A stretch of 64,000 bases of DNA from Eledone cirrhosa (taxonomy: Eukaryota), in NCBI GenBank assembly GCA_964016885.1, contig OZ024740.1, positions 39,866,001 through 39,930,000 of the forward strand, read 5' to 3'. Within the stretch, counting starts at the first letter, position 1; each line of letters opens with the position of its first letter. Under the pieces are notes generated by a model. It did not search any database, was not told where the DNA came from, and saw only the letters and a program-made list of their open reading frames with translations. Both the position numbers and the translations under genes were made by a program. Below are positions 35,641-48,814 of the stretch, in pieces.

Positions 35641-35750
35641 ACTTATTTCTTAATGATACTTAATTAATACATTATTCTATACACTACTGAAAACATTTAC
35701 AGCTATATACATATATGTCTTATGGGATAATAAGTAGGTTTATAACTTAC

Positions 35751-35818
35751 CTATAAGCATGTCTACCAACATACCGACCACAGCCAACATGACCACAAAT
35801 TAAGCAGATCCACAGACT
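35751..35818 (-). CDS. BRAP: BRAP ZnF-UBP exon
   Basis: AG/GTAAGT, 68 nt, phase 0/2; SLWICLICGHVGCGRYVGRHAY(R). Confidence 0.97.
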
Positions 35819-37073
35819 CTAAGAAAGAATAATTAAAAAATAATACATCGGCATTTTTATAACTCCTCTTTTAAAACTACACGAAATTACTAACTATTTC
35901 ACACTCATTTAATAACCATTTCACACAGTTATTTACTAACTATTTCACACAGTTACTTACTATTTTACAGTCATTAACTATTTAACACGGTCATTTACAA
36001 ACATTTACTAATTAGGACAAAGTATTTACAATGTGACAGAGTGAAAACTTTAATTTCAAGATATATCTTGTTCTGTTTCTTTAGAGTCTCGGGGAAGATA
36101 TACTAAAGTGGTTTTCTTATTTTCTTCAAGTAAACATTAACCCTTTTGATACCAATCCTGATTCCATTCTTATTTAAATCAAAATCTTCCATTATAAATT
36201 TGTTAAATTATATTCAAATCACCAGCTTTATAATGACAAAGTCAGTTATTTTATTAAATCACACCAAAATCTTGATTATTTTCAAATTTAATTGAAACCC
36301 AAGCTGTGTGGTTAATCAGATATATGCAGGGGGGGGGGGTAAATTCAACATCTCTGAAATAAGGGACTGAGTGGGGGGTTATAATAATCCTGTCTTTCAT
36401 GATAACATATTAGGTGAAGTGAAGTAGCAACAACTGGGAAGTGATAGCAAACTTGTCTCACTGGGAGCTTACCTACTATCTTATGCTCATTTACACAATA
36501 TAAACTGGTACAAAAACAACACTCTGGTGGCACAATAAAATGCATCCAGTCCACTCTGTAATGTGGTTGATAATAAAAAGTTATGAAAAGCACAACCTAT
36601 AATATACTAATTACGTATACAAGACTAATACAAAAGAACGCAGTAGGTAGAGGAAAGCTGTGCTGGAAAAGACCTAGCCAACCCTTGCAAGCATGGAAAA
36701 ATGGACGTAAAAAGGATGATGATGATGATAATGATGATGACTGATGATTGATGATGGTGATGGTAATGAAAAACGAAAAAATGCCAACAAGAGACCAAGT
36801 ATTCAGTCACTCAAACTGTTAGAATTAGTAGATGACATTCGGACATCTTAAAGAGATCTATACTTTTATTCAGGCATAGTCAATCTAGAATTACATTGGA
36901 TAATCTATTGAAAAAGCATCTATTCAGGTACAGTGTATGTAGAGCTACATTAGATAAATGTAGTCCTAGATATACAGTGAGATGGTTACAGGTAGAATAG
37001 CATTAATTATAGGTCTGCTTTACCAGGGATGACCAGGAGCTAAACAACAGAATATAGAAACTAGAAATATCAC

Positions 37074-37149
37074 CTCTTGAGAGCCACACTCTAAACATCT
37101 GTTATCTGGAACTTCTTCGGGTGTTTGGCAATAGCGACAAACTGGGCAA
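37074..37149 (-). CDS. BRAP: BRAP exon (RING end and ZnF-UBP start)
   Basis: AG/GT, 76 nt, phase 2/0; (S)CPVCRYCQTPEEVPDNRCLECGSQE. Confidence 0.96.
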
Positions 37150-37245
37150 CTACAAAATAGATTTTAATTCATTAATAACATTACTTAATATCTTTTATAT
37201 ATTTTGTTGCAGTAACATAGATGGAACAGAGTTTTGCAAATGTAG

Positions 37246-37962
37246 ATACTTTGTATATAGTGTTAGAGTAATCGTACTTACTACCACATGGAACATTCAC
37301 AAAACATTGTGGTTACTTTGTATAGTGTTAGAGTACTCGTACTTACTACCACATGTAACATTCACAAAACATTGTGGTTACTTTGTATAATGTTAGAGTA
37401 CTCGTACTTACTACCACATGTAACATTCACAAAACATTGTGGTTACTTTGTATATAGTGTTAGAGTACTCGTACTTACTACCACATGGAACATTCACAAA
37501 ACATTGTGGTTACTTTGTATATAATGTTAGAGTACTCGTACTTACTACCACATGTAACATTCACAAAACATTGTGGTTACTTTGTATAGTGTTAGAGTAC
37601 TCGTACTTACTACCACATGTAACATTCACAAAACATTGTGGTTACTTTGTATAATGTTAGAGTACTCGTACTTACTACCACATGTAACATTCACAAAACA
37701 TTGTGGTTACTTTGTATAGTGTTAGAGTACTCGTACTTACTACCACATGTAACATTCACAAAACATTGTGGTTACTTTGTATAATGTTAGAGTACTCGTA
37801 CTTACTACCACATGTAACATTCACAAAACATTGTGGTTACTTTGTATAGTGTTAGAGTACTCGTACTTACTACCACATGTAACATTCACAAAACATTGTG
37901 GTTACTTTGTATAATGTTAGAGTACTCGTACTTACCACCACATGTAACATTCACAAAACATT
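37246..37962. repeat. 65-bp minisatellite (~11 copies)
   Basis: GTTAGAGTACTCG at 37591, 37656 and 37721. Confidence 0.95.
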
Positions 37963-37969
37963 AGCTGTA

Positions 37970-38302
37970 TAACATAACATAACTGGCACTCTGTCGGTTA
38001 CGACGACGAGTGTTCTAATTGATCTGAACAATGGAACAGCCTGCTTGTGAAATTAACATGCAAGTGGCTGAGCATTCCACAAACACGCGTACCCTTAACG
38101 TAGTTCTCTGGGAGATTCAGTGTGACACCGAACGTGATATGGCTGGCCGTTTGAATTAATGGTACAACTAATTTTTGCAAGCTGAGTGGACTGGAGCAAC
38201 ATGAAATAAAGTGTCTTGCTCAGGGACACAATACGCCACAGGGAATCGAACTCATGACCTTACGATTGTGAACCAAATACCACAAAGCCACATGCCTTCA
38301 CT
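37970..38302 (-). mobile_element. tRNA-derived SINE with long tail
   Basis: Minus strand reads GTGAAGGCATGTGGC, GAGTTCGATTCCC (B-box) and GTCCCTGAGCAAGACACTTTATTTCA. The plus-strand end is ATAAC repeats. A related segment lies at 8400-8545. Confidence 0.7.
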
Positions 38303-38760
38303 GTAGCATGGCAATAAAATCACATGTAGTGTTAATTCACTTTTTTGGTTATTTTTCTGAGCAGCTTTTCTTCATCTTTATCTTACAATGCAAAATGGGT
38401 AATAACTGCCCTACTTAACTTAAGTTATTGGTAAAATTAAGAAGTTTTGAACTAGAGTATTTTAATGACTATGAAACATAAAGATGTATAATATAATACA
38501 CATGCTCAAACCCCAACCCTAACACATAACAACCACTTTGTCTAGTAATTTTAACATGTGCTTTGATAGCTTCCACAGTGCTGACAAGCTGGTAAATGGG
38601 AGAGCAACAGCTACCTATAGCTATCTACCTATGTATCTATCTTCAGACAATAAAAATAACATCTATCTATCTACCTAACTACTGACCTACCTAACTGTCT
38701 ATTTATCTATCAACCTTTCTGTTGTCTTTCTATCTATCTATTTATCTATCTATCTATCCA

Positions 38761-41700
38761 GATAGATAGATAGATATATTTCTTTATTAGCCACAAGGGC
38801 GCACAAGAAAAGGGGACAAAACAAAGACATATTGTGTAAAAAAATATAAAACAAACAATTATAACAATCGAAACCCCATTAGGAGGGAGGCGCCACAAAT
38901 GGGTTGTTTAATACCCCGTCGATAGAACAACCCTCAACTTCAGATTGTGCAAGTGCTCCTTTCTTCCTTTTGCTCTCTTCTTCAACCTACAGGTTTATAT
39001 ACAAAGAAGGCCCAATCACTCAGGCCATTTTTGCCACATTCACCCACATTTCAGTAAATTTACTGGGGTGCAGTGCCTCTCTCTCCACTCTGATTCTCCT
39101 TCTAAAGTGGTATCTAAAGAAGGGAATGAGTTGTTGTCCAGAGAGAAAGGCATCTGTCCTCAGTCCTCTCAATCTCGTCCACCATATAACCTCTTTCACC
39201 ATAGCCACTATACAGAGGAAAGCCGCCTCTCTTTCGTTTTTGAAAGAAGTTGGCGGTTTGATCCTTAATATAGACTCGGCAGTCAACTGGACTTGTCCCA
39301 TATGCGACAGCAGTTCTTCCGCGTAGTTCCACAGGTCGGTTACGCCCGGGCAGTGTACAATTACGTGCAGGACAGTTTCAATGTCCTGCACGCATCTTGG
39401 ACACGTCTTCTTGGAAGGATCCCTGCCGGGGCGTCCGTGCCTGTAGATCTTGTCACGAACTGGTAGAGCTCCTTGGTAGCACTGCCAGGCCAGGGACCTC
39501 TGGAAGCTGTCCTACCAAACAGACTGGTGAGTTCGTCATCTTCGACGCCTAGAGTCTCTCCGAGCACGTCGTCGCCCTTGTGACGTACTAACCCTCTATA
39601 GAATGTCGAAGCGGAGTCTCCACTGATTGCCGTGCCCGCTTGACAGAGGACTGTGAGTGCCTGAGCACATTCAATGTGCCAGGCGCCCATCTTCTTCGGT
39701 CTTCGCTTGACCCAGGACTGCAGCTCCGTCAGCGAGACAAGTTGTGGCAAGGCCTGTCTCACAAACGGTGCTCACACCGGTTGGGGGTCGGTGAGGAATT
39801 CCTGTAGATGCCGTAGCTTCAGCACATGCTTGCGCATCATCAGCCACGGCATTCCCAGCCCTCCATTGGAAGGGTGCTGACAGCAAACGGATCTCCTCAC
39901 CAGCGGAGCCTGCTTCTTCCACAGAAACTGGAAGAGCATGCGTTCCATCTTGGCGAGGTGTTCACGGGGACAAGGCACGACAGTCAAGCGGTAGTAGATG
40001 ACGGACGCTATGAAAGTGTTCGCCACCTCCGCTCGACTTTTCAAGGATAGTTTGCACTTTGCCCATTTCTGGGTGAGCGCAAACACCTTGGACGTGACCT
40101 CGTTCCAGTTTTTCTCCACCTGGAGGTCTGGACCGAACCAGACCCCAAGCAATTTCACCGGTCCGTCCGTACAGCGTCCGACGACGCTGTCGGACGGCAT
40201 CGGTTTGCCTCTCCACGTTTCAAGTTGCAAACCGACAGACTTCAGTTTTGCTCCTGTGAGCCTTTCATATTCCTGCAGTAAGTTGCCGATCGCCCTGATT
40301 TCGGAGGCTTCTGATACTGTTACCGTCACGTCGTCGGCATAAGCCGACTCCACTTTCCGCAGTCCCAGTTCCAACGGAATGCCCTGCAGCAGCTCCAGCT
40401 TCCGCAGTAATGGCTCTAGAGTCAGTACGTACAGAATGGAGGAGAGAGAGCATCCCTGTCGGATGGAACACGTGATTGCGAACGGCTCCGATAGGTAGCC
40501 GTTCACCTTGACCATCGAGCAGATGTTGGTGTGCATTGCGGCGTTCCAGCCTCTGAAGACGGGTCCGAAACTGTTCTCGTCTTTCTTGATCAGCGTTACT
40601 ACGCCCCTGCCTGCAGAACTGGGAATTCTCCCATTCTGCTGCCAGTTGCAGTAGACGGCCTCGAGGATGCCAGAGAACAAGTCCAGCATACCTATGTAAA
40701 ACTCATAGGGTAGACCATCTAGACCGGGTGATTTGCGTTTCCCGCAGCGGCCCAGAGTGTCCCGTATCTCAGTGACTGTGATCGGTCTTTCGCAGAACTC
40801 GGCGTCCATGCTCGAGAGACGCGGCAGTCCGTTGAGGTATAACCAAAGTCCATTGCCCCATTCGACGCACCGCCACTCTGCCCAAAGTGCCGCTGAAAGG
40901 CCATGCACATCTGCTTGGGGTCAAGTAGTACGCGTTCGTTTTGGTCTTTCAAAGACCACTCGGGCCCAGCTAACAAGAAGAACTGGTCGAAGAACTGGTC
41001 CAGTGCCGTTCTCGTTGCTAGCACTCTAGCTGCGTTGCCACTCCTAAGCGCCTCCTCTATCTTGGCTACTAGTTCCGTTTCTGTTTTGTTTCTCTCTAAG
41101 GCTAACTCTCTGCTAAAGTCTATCGACTCTACTCTAATTACTTTCTTGAGGGAGTACTACCATCTGTTGTTGACGATGGCTCCCGTCAATTGTTGCTTAA
41201 CTAATCTACTTATCCGTTCACTGTAGGCTTTACGTGTCGGTAACGACACGTTCAGCTTCCAGTACCCGGGTCCTTGTCTATGCATTCTATCACGGTTGAC
41301 TATGCAGATGACTAGTTTGTGGTCTGAATAGGCAACCATGTGCATTTTTGGACAGCTTAACATCTTGTCCTTCTCTCTAATGAAAAACCTATCTAAATAC
41401 GATCTAGATGTACCGCTGCGGTTTGCCCACGTCCACTGTGGTGCAATCGGGAAATCTAGTCGATATCGATCGGCCAGTTGGAATTGGTCGATTAGATTTT
41501 TGAGGCTGTTGCATCCCCCTCTACTGGGACATGCTCCCACATAGTCCCATCGTGCATCTAGGATACCATTCCAGTCCCCCACTAAAAGAAAGGAGCGAGA
41601 CGTTCCCAGAAAAGACTCTAGACACTTAAAGAAGTCTGGCCGCGATTGCGATTGCCCGGTTGGCATAAACGGCCACCAGTCTGAAGGCTCCACCTCCAAT

Positions 41701-43025
41701 ACTGTTCACATCTAGGATTACCAGTCTACCCTCCGGGTCCAAGATTACTTGCTGTACTTCGACGTCCAGGTTTTTCCGAAACATGACAGCCACTCCCCCT
41801 CCCCTCCTGGCTGACAGAGAGATGCGTAGATCTCAAAGTCATTGAAGATGGGGGTTAGTTGCTGCCTGTTGTGGATCCTGGACTCGGTGATGGCTATCAC
41901 ATCCATACCGTGTGACCTAAGGTCGTTTAAAAGTTGGCACAGTTTTCAGAGCATCTCTAGACCACACACATTCACGCTTCCGACTCGTAAACTATCCATG
42001 TTGGTGGAGAAGAGTTGGCGAAAAAGGACAAAAAGGTGCACTTACCTTTTCGCTTCCTGGAGATCGAGTTGTTCAATCTCCATTTGAGTGCTGGAGGGGG
42101 TGTTGAGTGGGGTGGGGAAACATTTTAACAGGACGCGGTTGATGGGTTTCTGGCAGGGGTTGCCCATGTCCTGCGGAAATTTATTCTTCAGGTCACTATA
42201 GGTCTCCATAGAAACCCTTATAAGTTTAAGGTGTAGAGACGATTCTGCTTTAACGAAAGTTTTGCCCTCCATCTCCACCTTGGGGTTTTTGGAGATGACC
42301 TCCATCAAACTCTTGTTGTTTGTGTTGATGTATGCGTATTGTTGTTTGTGTTTTTGTTGTGTTGTTATTGTTTGTTGTTCGTTCGGGAGTTTTCTTTTTA
42401 TGGTGGGTGCTTGTGTTTGGGGTGGTGTTGGTTTTGCTGGTAGGGGGATGTTTGACTGTCGTGTTGTTTGTGTTGTTGTTTGTGTCTGTGGTTGTGTGTT
42501 GGTGTTGGTGATTGGAGTTTTGGGGGTTTTGTGGTGTCTCTTTTTGTTGTTTTTTAGATTTCCGCGGCTCTCCCTCTTCTTCACTTAAAGAAGAAGCAGC
42601 CTCATCTGTCGATGAATAATCATCGTCAAGAGTGTTGGGTAGGGGTATGTTGTATGGTGGAGGTGTTTCGGTGTGTGTGTTTGTGGTAGTGTTTGATGGA
42701 GTGGGATGGGGTGGGGCTGTGTTCTTCAGGAGTGTTGTCTGTGTTTTTTCTGTTGTTGTTGGTTGAGTGGCTGTTTGTTTTGGTGTGTTTGCTTGTTTCG
42801 TGTGTTGTTGTTGTTGCGGTGGTGGTTGTTTTGGTGTTGGTGTTGGTAACAGTGTTTTCTTTTGGATTGTTTTGGTTGAGCGTGTTTGTAAAGGGCAGGA
42901 GGCCTTTAGATGTATGGTGCTTTTTTATTTGATTTGAGACAGTTCTGAAGGCTACCGTTCTTCGAGCTGTTTCGTGTTTAATTTCCAAGGGTGAGTTTAT
43001 TTGAAACCCAGCCTTTTCTTCAAAT
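38761..43025 (-). mobile_element. Decayed L1/Tx1-clade LINE (partial ORF1; ORF2 APE-RT-CCHC)
   Basis: ORF2 starts MDSLRVGSVNVCGL at 41999. Motifs LVGDWN, SYLDRF, SDHKLV, GYWKLN, KSPGLDGLPYEFY, IRQGCSLS..LY, AYADD, LSLKSRA and CPRC..ETVLHVIVHCP. AATAAA followed by (TATC)n at the 3' end. Multiple frameshifts and deletions. Confidence 0.92.
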
Positions 43026-43327
43026 GTTCTAGTGTAGTGTGAGAGTAGATTGAGAGACAGAGAGAGACAGAGAAAGAAAATGAAAGAGGGAGTGAGAGAG
43101 AGGACAACAGGGAAGGAAAATGGAGAGAGAGAGAGAGAGAAGGAGACAGAGAAGGAAATGGAAGAGAGAGAGAGAGCTGGTGGTGTTGTTGAATGACATT
43201 ATAATAAGTGACTTCAAAGAATCGAATACAGCATTACTGTATCTAACTCGAATTTGGTGACTGAATATTAAGTCATATGTATCATATAAATTATGTTAGG
43301 ACAATGTGTGCATAAAGAATGTGTGTG

Positions 43328-43527
43328 NNNNNNNNNNNNNNNNNNNNNNNNNNNNNNNNNNNNNNNNNNNNNNNNNNNNNNNNNNNNNNNNNNNNNNNNN
43401 NNNNNNNNNNNNNNNNNNNNNNNNNNNNNNNNNNNNNNNNNNNNNNNNNNNNNNNNNNNNNNNNNNNNNNNNNNNNNNNNNNNNNNNNNNNNNNNNNNNN
43501 NNNNNNNNNNNNNNNNNNNNNNNNNNN
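43328..43527. other. Assembly gap (200 N)
   Basis: Run of N. Confidence 1.
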
Positions 43528-46500
43528 TGAACGTAAGGAGGTTGATGTTTGCTGTATCCAAGAGACCAGGTGGAGGGGCGGGTCTGCTAGATTCATTGTG
43601 GGTAAAAAACGTTGCTATAAGCTTTTCTGGGTGGGAAATGACAATGAGATAGGTGGGGTAGGAATCATGTTAGCAGAAAAATGGGTGGATAAGATAATAG
43701 ATGTAAATAGAGTGAATGACAGAATAATTAAAATAAGACTTGTTCTAAATAGAACTACTGTGACAGTAATATCTGCATGCGCCCCAATCCGGACTGCCTG
43801 GCGCTATAAAAGACAGATTCTATGAGACACTGATGCTCACTACCTCCCAAATAACCGACAGTGACTATATAATTATTGCTGGCGACCTAAATGGCCACGT
43901 TGGACAACATTGTGACGGCTATGACGTGAATCCACGGAGGCTATGGTTTCGGTACTAGAAACGAGGAAGGGCTCCAGAATCCTGGAATTCTGTGATGTAA
44001 ACAACCTAACTTTCTGTAACACTAACTTCAAAAACGAGACAATCACTTGATCACCTACAGATCAGGGGAACATACAAGCCAGGTAGATTATATCCTTACC
44101 AGAAGACGTGACAGAGTGTCTGTTGTAAACACTAAATCCCTCCCCCATGAAGAATGCACCTCCCAACATAGACTCATAATTAGCGACCTCATAGTCAGGA
44201 CGAGACGTACTAGACAGCAGAAGAGGACTATCCTCAGGAGAAAAATATGGAAGCTAAAGGATCCCACAGCCAGAAATAAATTTCAAAGCATATTACTTGA
44301 TGCTTTCGACAGTAAGAAGAGCAATTAGAGTCGTACAAGGTAGAGGAACAGTGGGAATTCTGAAAGCAAACCTGCTGATGGCGGCAGACGAAGTCTGTGG
44401 CTGGAGCAGGCCTGTAGGCAGGAGGAGAGTAACATGGTGGTGGAACAGTAAGGTGGAGAGGTCAATCAAGGCCAAAAAGCAGGCTTGGAAAGCATGGCGG
44501 GATGGGGGAAGTAGAGAAGACTATCAAGTGGCCAGGAGGGAAGCTAGGAGACAAGTGTACTTCGCAAGAAGGGAAGCAGAGGAAAGAAAGTTCAAGCATG
44601 TTCTACAACGCGAAGACCAAAACCATGAGGTGTTCAGGATTGCTAGGCAATGTGTCAAGGGAAAACCGTGATATTGTCGGGGAGAAGTGTGTACTTAACG
44701 ATGATGGCGTACTTGCCATCACTGACGCTGATAAGAAGGTAGCTTGGAAGTGTCACTACGAAAGGCTACTAAATGAGGAAAATATTATGGGAGAAAGACA
44801 GTCTCCCCCACATCGACCCAATAGAGGGACCAGCAGTGTTAGTCGAAGGTAGTATAATAAGTAAGGCAATCAAAGATATGAAGACAGGTAAGGCGGCTGG
44901 GCCTTCGGAAATAGTTGCTGAGATTGCTGAAAGCCTCTGGAACGGTGGGACACACCATGGTCACCCGGATAGTAAACCAAGTCATACAGAATGGGGTTGT
45001 TCCGAAGGGACTGGTGTAGCAGCATCATTGTTAACTGTTACAAGGGTAAAGGAGATGCCCTAGAAAGCCTTCGACAGAGTCCCCGTTCCATTATCTGGTG
45101 GGCTCTTAGAAAACTAGGTATTGACGAATGGCTTGTGAGAGCTATACAAGCCATGTATAAAGAAACAGTCAGCAAGGTTAGAATTAACAACGAATATAGT
45201 GAAGAGTTTAGCGTAAAAGTTGGTGTCCATCAGGGCTCTGTTCTTAACCCCCTACTATTTATTATTGCCCTTCAGGCTATAACAGAGGAGTTCAAGACCG
45301 GCTGCCCATGGGAACTCCTATACGCAGATGATCTAACGCTCATAGCTGAATCAATGGCCGAGCTAGAGAAGAAATTCCAAACATGGAAGCACGGCCTAGA
45401 ATCAAAAGGCCTTAAAATTAACCTGGCTAAGACTAAAGTTCTAGTTTGTAGGAAAGAAAATAAGGCGCCGGTCCCTTTCGGGAAATGGCCATGCTCAGTG
45501 TGTAGGAAAGGCGTAGGTAGAAACTCCATTTTATGTCCCAAATGCAAAGTATGGGTGCATAACAGATGTAGTGGGATCACAGGTAAGCTAACTAAGAACA
45601 CAGATTTTACATGTGGCCGGTGCTCTGGTGCAATAAGTAGCAGCAAGTGCCCACAGAATACTAGCTCTTTCAATTGCGCAGAGGGTTCTATAGAAATAGT
45701 GGACAGCTTCTGTTACCTGGGTGACAAAATCAGCAGTGGGGGAGGGTGCTCTGAAAGTACAGTAGCTAGAGTCAGAACTGGATGGAAAAAGTTCAGAGAG
45801 CTTATACCACTATTAGCCGCTAAAGGGTTCTCCCTAAAAATGAAAGGCAGGTTGTATGATGCCTGCATACGAACAGCAATGTTGCATGGCAGTGAGACCT
45901 GGGCATTGTGTGCAGAGGATATACGCAGACTAGAGAGGAACGAAGCTTGCATGCTCCGCTGGATGTGTAATAGTAATAAACGTGAACGGCAAAGCATAAA
46001 CGAACTAAGGAAAAAATTAGAAATAAGAGGGATCAGATGTTGTTTACTTGAGAGAAGGCTACGTTGGTATGGTCACGTGATGCGCATGAAAGACGACAGC
46101 TGTATAACAAAGTGCAGAGCAATAAAGATAGATGGTAGCCACGGAGTAGGCAGACCCAGAAAAACCTGGGACGAGCTGATAAATTCCGACCTCACACACT
46201 TACACCTCTCCAAGACAATGTCACTGGACCGAGACCTTTGGCAGTACTCAGTAATAGAGAAGACCCGCCTTACCTAAATACAAAGCAAAACCTACTACAG
46301 TCAGTAGGCATCTCTCACAAAATACACCCCCATCCCACCACCCCCAGCCCATCCACACCGCCCCTTTCAATGTAAAGTTATGTTGGTGCCACAACATCCA
46401 GGCCGAAACAAATGAGATCGTGTAGGTGTCACAACAAAAAACACACAGTCCACGCTGTAATGTGGCCGTGTAGGCAACACGGTAAAAACCTCCCAGACCC

Positions 46501-46776
46501 ACACTGTAAATGTGGTTGGTGTTAGGAAGGGCATCCAGCTGTAGAAAACCCGCCAGACAGTCCACGCTGTAATGTGGCCGTGTAGGCAACACGGTAAAAA
46601 CCTCCCAGCCCCACACTGTAAATGTGGTTGGTGTTAGGAAGGGCATCCAACTGTAGAAAACCCGCCAGACAGTCCTATGCGAGCAAGGCAACCACTCTTG
46701 CCTCAAATGGGAAAACTCCCGTCCAAACCCATGCAAGCGTGGAACATGGACGTTAAACGATGATGATGATGATGAT
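43528..46776 (+). mobile_element. Near full-length RTE LINE (APE + RT + PHD), frameshifted; 5' end lost in the gap
   Basis: DVCCIQETRW, GVGIML, SQVDYIL, TWWWN, GVHQGSVL, LLYADD, GRPRKTW and a (GAT)n tail. Highly similar to 9881-12434. Confidence 0.95.
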
Positions 46777-47356
46777 ATATGTCTAATTATTTTTAAATGA
46801 TTATTAAGTGAATGTGACCCGTTGGGTAACGGGTGGTCTAGTTAATGGTAAATATAGAGATTGTAAATATAGAGATCTTTTTACATCCACTTTCCATGCT
46901 GGCATGGGTTGGACCGGTTGTCACGGTCTGAGACAGATGGGTCAGCACAATCTTATTTTATATATATACATACACACACTCATATATATACATATATATG
47001 TGTGTGTGTGTGAGGACTCCCTTCTGTCACAAATGACAGGAGGTTGAAATCTTTATGCAAACAATGCAAAAGGATTTGAGATTAAGGCCGTTCCCATCTT
47101 TTTTAAAATAATAACTATACTATAAAAAACGCTTAAAACATTTTAAATATCAAAATATTAAAACTTTATAAATATATTCTCCACTCATGAGAATTTCAAA
47201 ACTGCACCACCTAAACATAATGTGTTGATTAGCTGCCTCGGCATATATACAGGGTTTTGCCCATTTCTCAGACATCATATAGAGTCAGCTTATATTTGAG
47301 TATCTACAGTATATATATATATATATATGATGAGGATGATGATATTGATATATATG

Positions 47357-47697
47357 GAGGCACATGGCTTAGTGGTTAGAGCATTGGCCTTGCAATCGAA
47401 AGGTTGTGAGTTCAATTCTCAGACCAGGTGATGTGTTGATTCCTTGAGCAAGACACTTTATTTCACATTGCTCCAGTTTACTCAGCTGTAGAAATGAGAT
47501 GATAGGGACTGGAGTCCCTATCATTCCACTGCAAAGTGGTCGTGGAGGTGCCACGGCAAAAAAAGCACCCAGCACTCACTGTAAATGAGGTTGGTGTTAG
47601 GAAGGGCATCCAGCTGTAGAAATCAAGCCAGAATCAATTCCCGTCCCACCCTTGCAAGCAGGGAAAAGCGGACGTAAAATGATGATGATGATGATGA
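47357..47697 (+). mobile_element. Composite tRNA-derived SINE with RTE-type tail
   Basis: A/B boxes, then a hairpin linker at 47499-47524, then the AGGAAGGGCATCCAGC body and CCCTTGCAAGCAGGGAAAAGCGGACGTAAAA(TGA)n. Confidence 0.85.
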
Positions 47698-47896
47698 TAG
47701 AGAGAACAGAACAGATAGAATGAGAGAAAGTCTATATCTGTAGATAGATCTGTAGCTGAACAGAAGATATGGTTTAAATTGATAAAATCTATAAACCTGA
47801 CAGATATTTATTAATGAAATGAAACATAATAGAAATTTGAAGGTTATTTACAGGTGACATAAATAAAATTTAGTGAATTTAAAGAATATTTCTTAC

Positions 47897-47979
47897 CTTG
47901 TATAGCCCCATTGGGCAAGGCAAGTCACATGAAAGGCATGATTGCACAAAATAGTTAGAATTCCCTCAACAGATTCATC
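47897..47979 (-). CDS. BRAP: BRAP RING-H2 exon
   Basis: AG/GTAAG, 83 nt, phase 0/2; DESVEGILTILCNHAFHVTCLAQWGYT(S). Confidence 0.96.
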
Positions 47980-48059
47980 CTGAAATACAGAAATTAATTT
48001 TTTATTACTAAATACATACATCATTAAATTTGAAAAGAACAATATCAATGATTAATAGC

Positions 48060-48535
48060 AAGGTTTCTTTCTACAAAAGAAAAGCTGGCTGTTTGATACC
48101 TGTGTATGATGTGTGATGTTGCGTGGAAGTGAAATATGGGCAGTGAATACAGAGAATGATTGAAAACTGGAGCAAAGTGAAAGAAGCATACTCTTGTGTG
48201 ATGTGAGGTGTAAAGAGCAGAGCATGGATGACTGAAGAGAAAAACTGGGTATAAGAGGAATTAGATGTTATGTGCAAGAAAGAAGACTGTATTGGTAGGG
48301 ATGCATATGGATGATGATTGCTGGGTGAAGAAGTGCCGAAGAAGTGCCGAGAGATCCCAGTGGAAGGAAGCTGCAGGAGAAGAAAACCAAGGAAGACCCT
48401 GAACAGAGGTGGTGAGAGTTGATCTTAAGATGCTGAACTTCAAAGAAGAGATGATGAAAAAAAAACAAAAAGTGGAGGGAAGCTGTAATGGAAAGGACTC
48501 AGCCAACCAGTGCAAACATTGGAAAATGGATGAAA
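48060..48535 (+). mobile_element. Decayed RTE 3' fragment
   Basis: DNA similarity to 25690-26170. Confidence 0.65.
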
Positions 48536-48688
48536 ATAAGTCTCGAGGATGGAAGGGGTGAGGGGAGAAGGATGAGGGGGTGAGTGAGTAGGAGGGGTGT
48601 GGAGGTGGTAGTAGTAGTAGGGGAGGAGGTTTTATAGTAAAAAATAGCTTAAAAATATTCATGCAAATGAAATTTCTAAAAATCTTAC

Positions 48689-48754
48689 CATTCTCTCCAA
48701 ACAAACTGGGCAGTTAGGGAGTTCTGTTAGACCAGGAATTGGTAATCCAGCACC
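48689..48754 (-). CDS. BRAP: BRAP exon (RING start)
   Basis: AG/GTAAG, 66 nt; GAGLPIPGLTELPNCPVCLERM. Confidence 0.96.
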
Positions 48755-48814
48755 CTAAAATTCAAAGATGTTATGAAATGTATGAGAAGTTTATTTGATA
48801 TTAACAGAATGAAA

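Noticed and set aside
43268-43652. ORFs spanning 43.3-43.6 kb
   Set aside because: They run through the N gap.
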